Of a stretch of 64,000 bases of DNA, positions 33,504 to 42,947 are shown piece after piece. The translations under genes and the position numbers were made by a program. The notes beneath the pieces were generated by a model, which did no database searches, was not told the DNA's origin, and saw only the letters and a list, made by a program, of their open reading frames with translations. Within the stretch, counting starts at the first letter, position 1; the number at the start of each line of letters is the position of its first letter. This stretch comes from Gammaproteobacteria bacterium (GTDB lineage: Bacteria > Pseudomonadota > Gammaproteobacteria > Ga0077536), in the NCBI GenBank assembly GCA_030830685.1, contig JAURMM010000054.1, positions 717-64,716 of the forward strand. The letters are read 5' to 3'.

Positions 33504-33620
33504 CTTGAGCTGTCCTCCAGAGGTGCATCGCGTGTCAGGGAGCCGACCGGGGCTGAGTCGGTGTTGGGCATCGAGTGAGTGTATGCGCAGGTTCCGCGAG
33601 GCGTAAAGCACACCCACTCC

Positions 33621-34685
33621 ATGAAGATTCTCGACCGCTACATCGGCTGGAACATCATCGCGGCGACGGCCACAGTGCTCTTGGTGCTGGTGTCCATCTT
33701 CACCTTCTTCGCCTTCATAGATCAGCTCGATGATCTTGGCCGGGGCACTTACGGTCTGGGCAAGATCGTGCTCTTCGTCCTGTTCAGCGTACCCACGCTC
33801 ACCTATGAACTTTTCCCCATGGCGGCGCTGATTGGCTCATTGATCGGTTTCGGCACGATGATGCGCAACGGCGAGTTGGCGGTCATACGCTGCGTGGGGG
33901 TGAGCAAGGGGAGGGTGGTCTATGCCGTGATCAAGGCGGGCATGGTGCTTCTGGTATCTGCAATGCTGGTGGGTGAGTTCATCGCCCCGCCTGCCGAGCG
34001 CTTTGCGCGGGACTACCGCAGCATGGCCATCAATGAGCGGGTCACTTTCAAATCGGAAAACGGCTTCTGGGCGCGGGATGGGGACAACTACATCAACATC
34101 CGGGAAATCCTGCCTGGCGACCAGCTCCGGGATGTCTTCATCTATGAATTCGATGGGGAGAACAAGCTCAGGTTGAGCACCCATGCGGAGTTCGCACGCT
34201 ACACCAACCAGGAGTGGATGCTGGAGAACATCTCCCAGACCCTGCTCGGTGACGACGGGCTGGAGCGGCGCACATTGCCACAAGCCGCCTGGGACTCCAT
34301 CCTCAAGCCCGACCTGCTGCAGATGGTGACCATCAACCCGGACAGTCTGTCCATCTGGAGTCTTGCCAAGTACAGCCATTTCCTGCGTACCAACGGGCAG
34401 AATGCCCAGCGCTACGAGCACGTGATGTGGCTCAAGATCACGTACCCCATCGCAACCGTGGTGATGGTAGTGCTGGCAGTGCCGATGGTGCTGCGAGCGA
34501 GTCGTAGCGTTACGGTGGGGCAGCGCGTACTGGTGGGAGCGCTGATTGGACTCGGCTTCCACCTGCTCAATCAGGCAGCGGGCCACCTCGGCGTGGTGTA
34601 TGAACTCCTGCCGGTGCTGAGCGCGACCGGGCCAGCCTTGATGATGGGAGTGCTGGCAGCCTGGTTGCTTGCGCGCACGCCCTGA
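33621..34685 (+). CDS. lptG: LPS export ABC transporter permease, LptG-like (YjgP/YjgQ family)
   Basis: MKILDRYIGWNII...FFAFIDQLDDLGRGTYG...FPMAALIGSLIGFGTMMRNGELAVIRCVGVS aligns much better with LptG (MVKLDRYIG...FIDEL...) than with LptF, as I recall both. Confidence 0.8.
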   Translation: MKILDRYIGWNIIAATATVLLVLVSIFTFFAFIDQLDDLGRGTYGLGKIVLFVLFSVPTLTYELFPMAALIGSLIGFGTMMRNGELAVIRCVGVSKGRVVYAVIKAGMVLLVSAMLVGEFIAPPAERFARDYRSMAINERVTFKSENGFWARDGDNYINIREILPGDQLRDVFIYEFDGENKLRLSTHAEFARYTNQEWMLENISQTLLGDDGLERRTLPQAAWDSILKPDLLQMVTINPDSLSIWSLAKYSHFLRTNGQNAQRYEHVMWLKITYPIATVVMVVLAVPMVLRASRSVTVGQRVLVGALIGLGFHLLNQAAGHLGVVYELLPVLSATGPALMMGVLAAWLLARTP

Positions 34686-34721
34686 GGGCATGCGGCCGCC
34701 ACAACTTTCCATGCAGCCTGC

Positions 34722-35180
34722 TCAGCGCTGCCGGGTACGGGGACGATAATCGCGGACCAGACGCGTGCCCGAGGCGAGATCGTGCCAAGCAGCCCGCTCC
34801 GGATTCCACATCGCCCGCCAGAACCCGAAGCCTGCTGGCAGCCAGGACAGCAGCGCCACGGCGAAGCGGATGGCCGTCTGGGCCCAGCTCGCTGCACCCC
34901 CGGTCCGCGCGTCGACCAGGCGAATCTTCCAGCTCTGCATGCCAAGGGTGCGCCCCCTGCGCCAGCTGTAGCCGAGGTAACCATAGGCGGCCAGGCAAAG
35001 CCAGGTGCTGAACCACGGGTTGTTCGGTGCAATCGCCTCGCCTCCACGCATCGCAACGACGGGCATGCCGGCGATGAACAGCACGCCGAAGAGCGCAAGC
35101 ACGTCGTAGAGGACGGCGCCCAGCCGTCGCCATAGGGAGACCCTGAGCATCGCGGCGGTGGTGACGGGCGGGAAGTTCAT
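34722..35180 (-). CDS. RDD-family membrane protein
   Basis: LWRRLGAVLYDVLALFGVLFIAG...GRTLGMQSWKIRLVD is the RDD family pattern. ATG start at 35180. Confidence 0.7.
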   Translation of the reverse strand: MNFPPVTTAAMLRVSLWRRLGAVLYDVLALFGVLFIAGMPVVAMRGGEAIAPNNPWFSTWLCLAAYGYLGYSWRRGRTLGMQSWKIRLVDARTGGAASWAQTAIRFAVALLSWLPAGFGFWRAMWNPERAAWHDLASGTRLVRDYRPRTRQR

Positions 35181-35389
35181 GAGACAGATCACTGCGCACC
35201 GGAGGGTGCACGGGAATCTGTCATAAACCCGCGAATTTCGGAAGCCGCGACACCGGTGCTTTTTGCTACCATCCGCAAGTCAGCCCGAGGCGGTGTCAGC
35301 GAGTGAATAACGGCGTCCGGCCGGTCACTCATTCATCGCCCCATTGAAATGCCAGTGCCACACAACATTGCCGCAGGAGGAAATCAGAG

Positions 35390-37027
35390 ATGGCGCAGAC
35401 TCATTCGAACCCCGCCCCGGGTCAGGAGCCGCTCCGGCTCGACGCCGCCGTGATTGGTACCGGCGTTGCCGGCTTGTATCAGCTTCACCAGCTTCGGCAG
35501 CAGGGATTCGCCGTCAAGGCTTTCGACACCGCATCCAATGTGGGCGGCACTTGGTACTGGAATCGCTATCCGGGTGCGAAGTTCGACTCCGAGTCCTACA
35601 TCTACCAGTACCTGTTCGATGAAAAGCTTTACAAGGAATGGAGCTGGAGCGAGCGTTTCCCGGGCCAGCCTGAGATTGAGCGCTGGATGAACTACATCGC
35701 GGACAGGCTCGACCTGCGCAAGGACATCCAGTTCAACACCACGATCGCCTCTGCGCATTATCAGGAGAGCACTGGACGCTGGATCGTCACCACCACCGAT
35801 GGCCAGGTCATCGATACCCAGTTCCTCATCAGTTGCTGCGGCATGCTCTCTGCGCCGCTCGAGCGGGTATTTCCCGGGCAGGAAACCTTCAAGGGCCGCA
35901 TCTTCCACACCTCGCGCTGGCCGAAGGAGCAGATCGATTTCACCGGCAAGCGCGTCGGCGTGGTCGGCACCGGTGCCACCGGCATCCAGGTCATTCAGAC
36001 CATCGCCTCCAAGGTGGAGCATCTCAAGGTGTTCGTGCGCACACCCCAGTACATCACGCCGATGGCCAACCCCCACTACGGTGAGGCCGAACAGGCAGCC
36101 TACAAGGCGCGCTTCGAGGAGCTCCGCAAGACACTGCCCAACACCTTCTCGGGCTTCGAGTACGACTTCGAGAATGGGCCGTGGGCCGAGCTCTCACCTG
36201 AGCGCCGCCTCGAGATTCTGGAGGCCAACTGGAAGTTCGGTTCGCTGAAGCTCTGGCTCGCCACCTGCCCCGAACTCTTCACTGATCCCGAGGTGAGCGA
36301 GGAGATCTCGGAGTTTGTGCGCAAGAAGATGCGCGACCGTCTCAAGGACCCCAGGCTGTGCGAGCTCCTGATCCCGACCGACTATGGCTACGGTACGCAC
36401 CGCGTGCCGCTGGAGAGCGGCTACCTCGAGGTCTATCACCGCCCGAACGTCGAGGCTGTCAGCGTTAAGAACAATCCGATTGTGGCGGTGGTGCCAGAAG
36501 GCCTGAAGCTTGCTGACGGCACGGTGCACGAGGTGGATATCCTCATCCTCGCGACCGGTTTCGACGCGGGATCTGGCGCACTGAGCCGCATCGACGTGCG
36601 TGGCCGGGGCGGCAGATCGCTCGCCGAGGAGTGGCGACGTGACATCCGCACGGCCTTGGGCCTGATGGTGCACGGCTATCCGAATCTGTTCACCACGGCA
36701 GCGCCGTTGGCACCGTCCGCTGCCCTGTGCAACATGACCACCTGCCTGCAGCAGCAGACAGAGTGGATCACGACCTGCCTCGTCAACATGCGCAGCAAGG
36801 GCGCTACCCTCATGGAGGCGAGCCAGGAAGTCCAAGATGACTGGGTGGCCCATCATGATGAAATCGCGAACGCCACGCTCGTGACCAAGACGGACTCCTG
36901 GTACATGGGTTCCAATGTGGACGGCAAGCCCCGTCGTCTGCTGTCGTATATTGGAGGTGTGGGGCAGTACAAGCAGAAGTGCGATGCACTGACCAGCCAG
37001 GGCTATCCCGGCTTCAGCATCCAGTAG
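35390..37027 (+). CDS. Baeyer-Villiger (type I flavin-containing, NADPH-dependent) monooxygenase
   Basis: FAD Rossmann VIGTGVAGL, GGTWYWNRYPGAKFDSESYIY, the BVMO fingerprint FKGRIFHTSRWP, and a second Rossmann VVGTGATG. Confidence 0.9.
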   Translation: MAQTHSNPAPGQEPLRLDAAVIGTGVAGLYQLHQLRQQGFAVKAFDTASNVGGTWYWNRYPGAKFDSESYIYQYLFDEKLYKEWSWSERFPGQPEIERWMNYIADRLDLRKDIQFNTTIASAHYQESTGRWIVTTTDGQVIDTQFLISCCGMLSAPLERVFPGQETFKGRIFHTSRWPKEQIDFTGKRVGVVGTGATGIQVIQTIASKVEHLKVFVRTPQYITPMANPHYGEAEQAAYKARFEELRKTLPNTFSGFEYDFENGPWAELSPERRLEILEANWKFGSLKLWLATCPELFTDPEVSEEISEFVRKKMRDRLKDPRLCELLIPTDYGYGTHRVPLESGYLEVYHRPNVEAVSVKNNPIVAVVPEGLKLADGTVHEVDILILATGFDAGSGALSRIDVRGRGGRSLAEEWRRDIRTALGLMVHGYPNLFTTAAPLAPSAALCNMTTCLQQQTEWITTCLVNMRSKGATLMEASQEVQDDWVAHHDEIANATLVTKTDSWYMGSNVDGKPRRLLSYIGGVGQYKQKCDALTSQGYPGFSIQ

Positions 37028-37037
37028 GCGCGCTGCG

Positions 37038-37064
37038 CCGGGAGGAGCACGGTGCTTCTCCCGG
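37038..37064 (+). other. GC-rich hairpin between the BVMO gene and the DUF455 gene
   Basis: CCGGGAG-GAGCACGGTGCTT-CTCCCGG, with extra inner pairing. No T-tract follows, so it is not a canonical terminator. It could act as an attenuator or mRNA-stability element. Confidence 0.4.
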
Positions 37065-37082
37065 CAAGGCTTGCTGTCGAGG

Positions 37083-37901
37083 ATGACCCAGAGCGCCCGT
37101 CAGGAGCTCCGCGCAGGAGCGCTCGCAGCGCTCGTCGAAAGCGACCCTCGCCAGAAATGCATGCTCGTCAGCACGCTGTGGGGGGCGCATCGAGCAGGCG
37201 TCCTGGATCTGGCTGTGGGTACCAGTCTCTCTCCGCCTGACATTGCGGGCCGGCCATCACGACCCGCGCTCGTTCACCCGGCCCGAGTGCCCAAACGTCG
37301 TCTGGGTTCTCCTGTGGGGCGGGCAGCCCTGATTCACGCCATCGCCCATATCGAATTCAACGCCATCAACCTCGCGTTGGATGCCATTGCACGTTTCCCG
37401 GATATGCCGGTTGCTTATTACGAGGACTGGTTGAGCGTGGCGACGGAAGAGGCCCACCACTTCGAGCTTTTGCAGGAGAGGCTGCAGGCCTCGAGGCATG
37501 ACTATGGGGATTTCCTGGCGCACGAAGGCCTCTGGGAAGCCGCCAGCAAGACTCGCCACGATGTTCTGGCACGCATGGCTTTGGTGCCACGGATGCTCGA
37601 GGCGCGCGGTCTGGATGTCACCCCCGGTCTGCAACAGCGCCTGCGATCGGCGGGCGATGAGGCTTCAGCATCCGTACTCGACATCATCCTTCGGGATGAG
37701 GTTGGTCACGTGGCTATCGGTAATCGTTGGTTCGATCATCTGTGCCTCCAGCGAGCGCTCGACCCGACCGAGACATTTCTCACGCTATGCCGGGAGCACG
37801 GCATCAAGACCCCTCAGCCGCCCTTCAACACCGCTGCACGTGTCGCCGCCGGCTTCTCACCAGAGGAGCTCGAGGTCTTCTCGAAACTCGCTGCGGTCTG
37901 A
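37083..37901 (+). CDS. DUF455-family ferritin-like (putative di-iron) protein
   Basis: ALIHAIAHIEFNAINLALDA...EEAHHFELL...RDEVGHVAIGNRW. The E/H-rich helices fit a ferritin-like di-metal site. Start is the ATG at 37083 or the TTG at 37071. Confidence 0.65.
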   Translation: MTQSARQELRAGALAALVESDPRQKCMLVSTLWGAHRAGVLDLAVGTSLSPPDIAGRPSRPALVHPARVPKRRLGSPVGRAALIHAIAHIEFNAINLALDAIARFPDMPVAYYEDWLSVATEEAHHFELLQERLQASRHDYGDFLAHEGLWEAASKTRHDVLARMALVPRMLEARGLDVTPGLQQRLRSAGDEASASVLDIILRDEVGHVAIGNRWFDHLCLQRALDPTETFLTLCREHGIKTPQPPFNTAARVAAGFSPEELEVFSKLAAV

Positions 37902-37922
37902 TTGCCGCAGGGCTAAGCGCGG

Positions 37923-38750
37923 TCAGGGCTCCTGCTTCAGCCGAAGCTTGCGCATATCGCGAATTCCCTTCAGATGAAAGGCGCTCAGCAAACCAGCAGA
38001 AAGACGGTGCAGACGCCAGAACAGGCGCGCATACGCCGGGAAGACAATCAGGGCTTCATTGCGCGAGATGCCCCGCAGGATCCGCGCCGCGGCCCTGTCG
38101 CTGTCCAGCGGCGGGAACGGAATATTGCGCATCGCACGTTCGCGATCGACGTTGATGAACGGTGTTGCGGCAAATATCCCGGTCTGCACGAAGCCCGGGC
38201 AAACCGCGCTCACTTTCACGCCGAGATCCGCGCCTTCGGCGCGCAGGGACAGTGACAGGCCCACCACGGCATGTTTGCTCGTGGCATAGGGGACATTGGT
38301 GGGGAAAGGGATCAGCCCGGCCAGCGAAGCGATGTTGATGATGTGGCCCTGACCTTGGCGTGCCATCTGTTTGTAACCGGCGTCCACACCATTCACCACG
38401 CCCGTCAGGTTGACATCGAGTACCGCGCGCCAATGCTCCAGTGCGATGTCGCGTGCCTCTCCGGCAATGGAAATTCCGGCGTTGTTGAACAGCAGGTCGA
38501 GCTTGCCATGCTGTAACACCACTTCGCGTATCAGCGCCGCGACCGCGTTGGCATCTGTCACGTCGAGCGCGTGCGCAGAGCCACTGCCTCCTTCGCGCAA
38601 GATGCCCTCCAGAACCTGCCGCGCGGTGTTCTCCTTGATGTCGGCACACACAACGAAAGCCTGACGCTGTGCCAGTGCGCGCGCGAGTGCAGCACCGATG
38701 CCGGAACCTGCGCCCGTGATCAGCGCAATCGCGCCGGTGAAAGTGTTCAT
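37923..38750 (-). CDS. SDR-family oxidoreductase
   Basis: TGAGSGIGAALARALA cofactor motif, NNAG, and the catalytic YATSKHAV. Confidence 0.85.
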   Translation of the reverse strand: MNTFTGAIALITGAGSGIGAALARALAQRQAFVVCADIKENTARQVLEGILREGGSGSAHALDVTDANAVAALIREVVLQHGKLDLLFNNAGISIAGEARDIALEHWRAVLDVNLTGVVNGVDAGYKQMARQGQGHIINIASLAGLIPFPTNVPYATSKHAVVGLSLSLRAEGADLGVKVSAVCPGFVQTGIFAATPFINVDRERAMRNIPFPPLDSDRAAARILRGISRNEALIVFPAYARLFWRLHRLSAGLLSAFHLKGIRDMRKLRLKQEP

Positions 38751-39235
38751 GTTGCGCTCCCGTTATCCGGTTTTCTGATGGCAATCCGTCGGCCTGCATG
38801 TGGGGGTGGTGGCAGCCTTGACTGCTCAGCATGCAAGGCTTTGAGTCGGTCGAAGATCTCGGGTGGGAAGGGGGCACCCCGACGGGTTTCGAGGCTCACA
38901 TGCAGGGTCATCTGCTCCTGGGTGGCAAGCAGCTGGTCGCCGCGGAACATCTCCTGGTAGAGGTGGGCAAGCTTCTGGTTGAAGTCGAGTACACGGGTCT
39001 CGATACGCAGGCGGTCGCCGAGACGCGCCTCATTCTGATAGGTCAGGTGGGCTTCGAGCACCATCCACGAATTCCGGGTGCGCTCCGTGTATTCGAGGCC
39101 CATGCCGAAGCGTTTCACGAAAGCCTCTCCCCCCTCGTCAAAGGCGAGCGAGTAGTAGGCCACATTCATGTGGTTGTTGTAGTCCAACCAGGCCGGCGGT
39201 ACGGTGATTTCAAAGGCTTCTGCGGCAGAAGACAT
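38747..39235 (-). CDS. Hotdog-fold (4HBT-type) acyl-CoA thioesterase
   Basis: VPPAWLDYNNHMNVAYYSLAFDEG...WMVLEAHLTYQNEARLGD. It overlaps the SDR gene by 4 nt. Start is the ATG at 39235, with 39268 as the alternative. Confidence 0.7.
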   Translation of the reverse strand: MSSAAEAFEITVPPAWLDYNNHMNVAYYSLAFDEGGEAFVKRFGMGLEYTERTRNSWMVLEAHLTYQNEARLGDRLRIETRVLDFNQKLAHLYQEMFRGDQLLATQEQMTLHVSLETRRGAPFPPEIFDRLKALHAEQSRLPPPPHAGRRIAIRKPDNGSAT

Positions 39236-39454
39236 GGGAAAGTTCTCACTGGAAAGCAGCCTCATCATAGCGCAGGCAAGGGAATCTACGGCCCGCGAAA
39301 ATCCAGCTGATGCTGCCTCGCAACATAGAGAGCGCCGAAATAATCCCGCGCCGAAGCCGGTTCAGATCGACAAATTCGCGCGCTACACTCGGCTGATACG
39401 GGTGCTGTAACTCAAACGCCCGATCATCAAAAAACATTCGCAGAGGTGCGCGTC

Positions 39455-40564
39455 ATGGAAGTAGGCATTCTTCAGGTCATGCAAAGTTTCGGCTACGAGA
39501 ACATCACGGATGCCGAGGTTTACGATGAGGAAACGAGATTGGCCATCCTCGCCGACGAACTGGGCTATGACCATGTCTGGACCGTGGAGCATCACTTCGA
39601 GGACTACTCCTTCTGTCCGGACAACTTCGTCTATCTCGCCAATCTTGCCGCCAAGACCAGGAACATCCGCCTGGCGACCGGCGCCTGTATCCTGCCCTGG
39701 AATCTGCAGCCGCTGCGGGTAGCCGAAAAAGCGGCGCTGCTGGATCTGTTGTCCGGAGGCCGCGCGATCTTTGGCTTCGGCCGTGGTCTGGCCCGCAAGG
39801 AATTCAACCAGTTCGGAATCTCGATGGAGGAATCACGCGACCGCTTTGATGAGTCTGCACCGCTGATTCTGGAGGCGCTGGAAACCGGCTGGTTCCCGGA
39901 ACACGAAGGCAAGCACATCCGCCAGCCCAAGGCACCTCTGCGTCCCGCCCCGACCCGTAGCTGGAAGGATCGCCTGGTGCAGGTGGCAATGAGCCCCGAA
40001 TCCGGGCAGGAAGCTGCCAAGCTGGGAGCCCAGATGATGGCTTTCAACTACAAGGCGCCGGACGTGCAGAAGGCAGAATTCGACGCCTATGCCGAGACCT
40101 TCCGCGGGACTCATGGACGCGAGCCCAAGGCACCGCTGCTCACCGACATGGTGGTGTGCGACACAGATGCGGCGCGGGCGCGTGAGAACGCGGAGAAGTA
40201 CGTGGCCGGCTACTGCCTTTCGGTGCTGCACCACTACGAGATGATGGGCGAGCACTATAAAGATCTGAAAGGCTACAAGGCATACGGTGATGCCGTGGAC
40301 ATGATGCGCGCTGCGGGCAAGGAAGGGATCGCCAAGGCCTACGTGGAACAGCAGGTGTGGGGCACCCCGGACCAGATTCTGCGCAAGCTGGAAGACCGCT
40401 GGCACTTCTTCGGCCCCTTCGGTGAACTGTGCGCCTTCCGCTATGCGGGCATTCCTTTCGAGGTCGCGGAGCGGAGCTCCCGGTTGTTTGCCAAGGAAGT
40501 CATGCCGGTCCTGCGCAGCTGGACCAAGGAGCAGCCGCCCGCCCGCACTTCGGCCGCCGCCTGA
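39455..40564 (+). CDS. LLM-class flavin-dependent monooxygenase (LuxA/B-like)
   Basis: LADELGYDHVWTVEHHFEDYSFCPDN...LATGACILPW...LLSGGRAIFGFGRGLARKEF matches the bacterial-luciferase family pattern. An ATG at 39455 is preceded by AGAGG; the track start at 39446 is a GTG. Confidence 0.8.
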   Translation: MEVGILQVMQSFGYENITDAEVYDEETRLAILADELGYDHVWTVEHHFEDYSFCPDNFVYLANLAAKTRNIRLATGACILPWNLQPLRVAEKAALLDLLSGGRAIFGFGRGLARKEFNQFGISMEESRDRFDESAPLILEALETGWFPEHEGKHIRQPKAPLRPAPTRSWKDRLVQVAMSPESGQEAAKLGAQMMAFNYKAPDVQKAEFDAYAETFRGTHGREPKAPLLTDMVVCDTDAARARENAEKYVAGYCLSVLHHYEMMGEHYKDLKGYKAYGDAVDMMRAAGKEGIAKAYVEQQVWGTPDQILRKLEDRWHFFGPFGELCAFRYAGIPFEVAERSSRLFAKEVMPVLRSWTKEQPPARTSAAA

Positions 40565-40584
40565 GCCTTCGCGCCCACTTGGCT

Positions 40585-40620
40585 GCGGGATCATTCCTCC
40601 CGCGGCCGGGTATTTCTTTT
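40585..40620 (+). terminator. Possible rho-independent terminator after the LLM gene
   Basis: GCGGGA-TCATTCC-TCCCGC, then a T-rich stretch TATTTCTTTT 7 nt downstream. Confidence 0.4.
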
Positions 40621-40698
40621 CTCGCCCCTTTGAAACGAAACCCCGTGCCCCCATGTCATAGGGGCGTGGTTTCACCGTTGCCGTGAGGAAAGTCCCCA

Positions 40699-41586
40699 AT
40701 GAAAAGAATTGGATTGTTTCTGCTGACCAATATCGCGGTGCTGGCCGTGATCTCCATCAGCTTCAAGCTGCTGGGGCTCGATCAGAGCAGCATGCAGAGT
40801 GGTGGCGGGCTGGATTTGTCCGCGCTGCTGCTGATGTCCGCGATCATCGGTTTCGCGGGTTCACTGGTCTCGTTGGCCATGTCCAAATGGACCGCCATCC
40901 GCATGATGGGCGCCCATGTCATCGAAACACCGGCCAACCAGACGGAGCGATGGTTGGTTGAAACCGTTCGACGCCAGGCTGAGAAAGCGGGCATCGGTAT
41001 GCCGGATGTCGCCATCTTCGAAGCGCGAGAACCCAATGCCTTCGCCACCGGCGCCCGGCGGGACAGCGCGTTGGTGGCTGTGAGTACCGGCCTGTTGCGC
41101 AACATGACCCAGGACGAAGTGGAAGCCGTGCTCGCGCACGAAGTGAGCCATGTGGCGAATGGCGACATGGTCACGCTGACCCTGATCCAGGGGGTGGTCA
41201 ATACCTTTGTCGTGTTCTTCTCGCGCATCGTCGGCCACTTCATCGACCGTGCCGTGTTCCGCAACGAGGAAGGCCACGGGCCGGGCTTCTTCATCACAAG
41301 TTTCGTGGCGCAGATACTCTTTGGCATCCTGGCCAGCGCCATCGTGATGTGGTTCTCGCGCCAGCGCGAATTCCGCGCGGATGCCGGCGGCGCGGCACTG
41401 GCAGGCCGGGAGAAGATGATTGCCGCCCTGGAACGCCTGCGTGCGGTGCACGAGCCGCACGACCTGCCGGATCAGCTGGCAGCCTTCGGTATCAGCGGCG
41501 GACGCGTGGGGGGGCTAAAGGCCTTGTTTCTCTCCCATCCGCCGCTGGAAGCGAGAATCGAGGCGCTGCGACAAGGGAGAGAGTGA
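40699..41586 (+). CDS. htpX: Membrane zinc metalloprotease HtpX
   Basis: [15 protein letters not shown]...[11 protein letters not shown] (HExxH)...[15 protein letters not shown]. Confidence 0.95.
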   Translation: MKRIGLFLLTNIAVLAVISISFKLLGLDQSSMQSGGGLDLSALLLMSAIIGFAGSLVSLAMSKWTAIRMMGAHVIETPANQTERWLVETVRRQAEKAGIGMPDVAIFEAREPNAFATGARRDSALVAVSTGLLRNMTQDEVEAVLAHEVSHVANGDMVTLTLIQGVVNTFVVFFSRIVGHFIDRAVFRNEEGHGPGFFITSFVAQILFGILASAIVMWFSRQREFRADAGGAALAGREKMIAALERLRAVHEPHDLPDQLAAFGISGGRVGGLKALFLSHPPLEARIEALRQGRE

Positions 41587-41658
41587 GGAGCAACAGGGAC
41601 ACCTGCGCCGGAATTTCCCTCCACGCCATGACTGGAGTGGAGGGAGTGCGTTGTCAGT

Positions 41659-42078
41659 TCAGGCGACGCGTTGGGCGCGCTGGGCGGGGGCCCAGGTTCC
41701 GCGGCGGTGGTTATCTGCAGAAACTTCGCGGGGATTGAAGCGCTCACGCAGCAGGTCCACGCACTTCTGAGGCACGGCCTCCCCACACATGAACACATCG
41801 ATGGCGGCGTAGCCAACTTCCGGCCAGGTGTGGATGGTGATATGGCTCTCGGCCAGCACCGTCACACCACTCACGCCCATGCCATCACCAAAATGATGAT
41901 AGTGCGAGTGCAGGATGGTGGCGCCGGCAGCACGTGCGCCGTCTTCCATCGCTTCGCAGATGTACGCAGGCTCCATCAGGCGCTCGGCACCCCAAAACTC
42001 GACCAGCATGTGATCACCGGCGTAGCGCTCACCCGTGGTGCGATCGGTCTTGAAATGGTCCAGGGAAACGTCGTTCAT
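41659..42078 (-). CDS. speH: S-adenosylmethionine decarboxylase proenzyme, class 1 (SpeH type, pyruvoyl)
   Basis: GDHMLVEFWG...GVSGVTVLAESHITIHTWPEVGYAAIDVFMCGE includes the canonical E|S self-cleavage site. The ATG at 42078 overlaps the speE TGA (ATGA). Confidence 0.9.
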   Translation of the reverse strand: MNDVSLDHFKTDRTTGERYAGDHMLVEFWGAERLMEPAYICEAMEDGARAAGATILHSHYHHFGDGMGVSGVTVLAESHITIHTWPEVGYAAIDVFMCGEAVPQKCVDLLRERFNPREVSADNHRRGTWAPAQRAQRVA

Positions 42079-42947
42079 GCCAGCCCTCCCGTTATCTCCT
42101 GCTGCCATCGGGGTAGAACGAAGCTCGCGCAGTGGAGCTCCGGAGTGTAGTGCACGGTCGGGAAGTTCGCCGCTGCGAAGCGCGCCTGCAAGGACGGAAG
42201 GTCCGGTTGCAGTGCTGCCAGTGAATCGCTGGCGAGCCCCAGCATCATGTTGCCACCATAGTAGGTCGGCACTGCGATGCCATAGCAGCGGGCCTTCAGC
42301 CCAAGGTCCCGCAGCAACTGCATGCTCTGGCGGGATTCATGCGGCTGCAGGATGATCACGCCATCCTGCAGGGCCAGCACGCCACCGGGATTGAGGGCAC
42401 TGCGGCAGAGGTCGTAGAAGGTTCGCGAGAAGAGCACTTCGCCCGCGCCGACCGGATCGGTGGAATCCACCATGATTACGTCGTATTTGTGCTTTTCGCG
42501 CTTGATGAACTCGAAAGCGTCCTCGATCACGAGATCGACCCGCGGATCTTTGTAGATCCCGCCCGCCTGATTCAGCGTGGGCATGTGGGTGATGCAGTAA
42601 TCGACCACGGTGCGATCGATTTCCACCATGTCCACATGATCAACGGGGTGCTTCAGCACTTCACGCAGGATGCCGCCGTCTCCACCGCCCACGATCATGG
42701 CGCGTTTGGGCGCCGCGCACGCAAATAGCGGCACGTGAGTCAGCATCTCGTGGTATACGAACTCGTCTTTCTCGGTGGTCTGCACGATGCCATCGAGCAC
42801 CAGCACCTTGCCCCAGCGCTTGGTCGCAAAGATCTGCACCTTCTGATAGGGGGTGGCGCCCTCGAACAGGAGCTCATCCGCAGTGAAGCCTTGGAACACC
42901 TCGTCCCCGTAAAGGGTTTCCTGAAACCTGATTCCCACGGGCATCAC
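42075..42947 (-). CDS. speE: Polyamine aminopropyltransferase (spermidine synthase family)
   Basis: YQKVQIF...LVLDGIVQTTEKDEFVYHEMLTH...MIVGGGDGGILREVLKH...DVIMVDSTDPVG. Confidence 0.9.
   Translation of the reverse strand: MMPVGIRFQETLYGDEVFQGFTADELLFEGATPYQKVQIFATKRWGKVLVLDGIVQTTEKDEFVYHEMLTHVPLFACAAPKRAMIVGGGDGGILREVLKHPVDHVDMVEIDRTVVDYCITHMPTLNQAGGIYKDPRVDLVIEDAFEFIKREKHKYDVIMVDSTDPVGAGEVLFSRTFYDLCRSALNPGGVLALQDGVIILQPHESRQSMQLLRDLGLKARCYGIAVPTYYGGNMMLGLASDSLAALQPDLPSLQARFAAANFPTVHYTPELHCASFVLPRWQQEITGGLA

Noticed and set aside
33837-34712. 291-aa minus-strand ORF
   Set aside because: It is antisense to the LptG-like permease. It is His/Arg/Gly-rich with no motif.
38056-38877. 273-aa alternative-frame ORF over the SDR gene
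   Set aside because: It is on the same strand but in a different frame from the SDR, which has the TGxxxGxG and YxxxK motifs. This frame is Arg/Gly-rich and motif-free.
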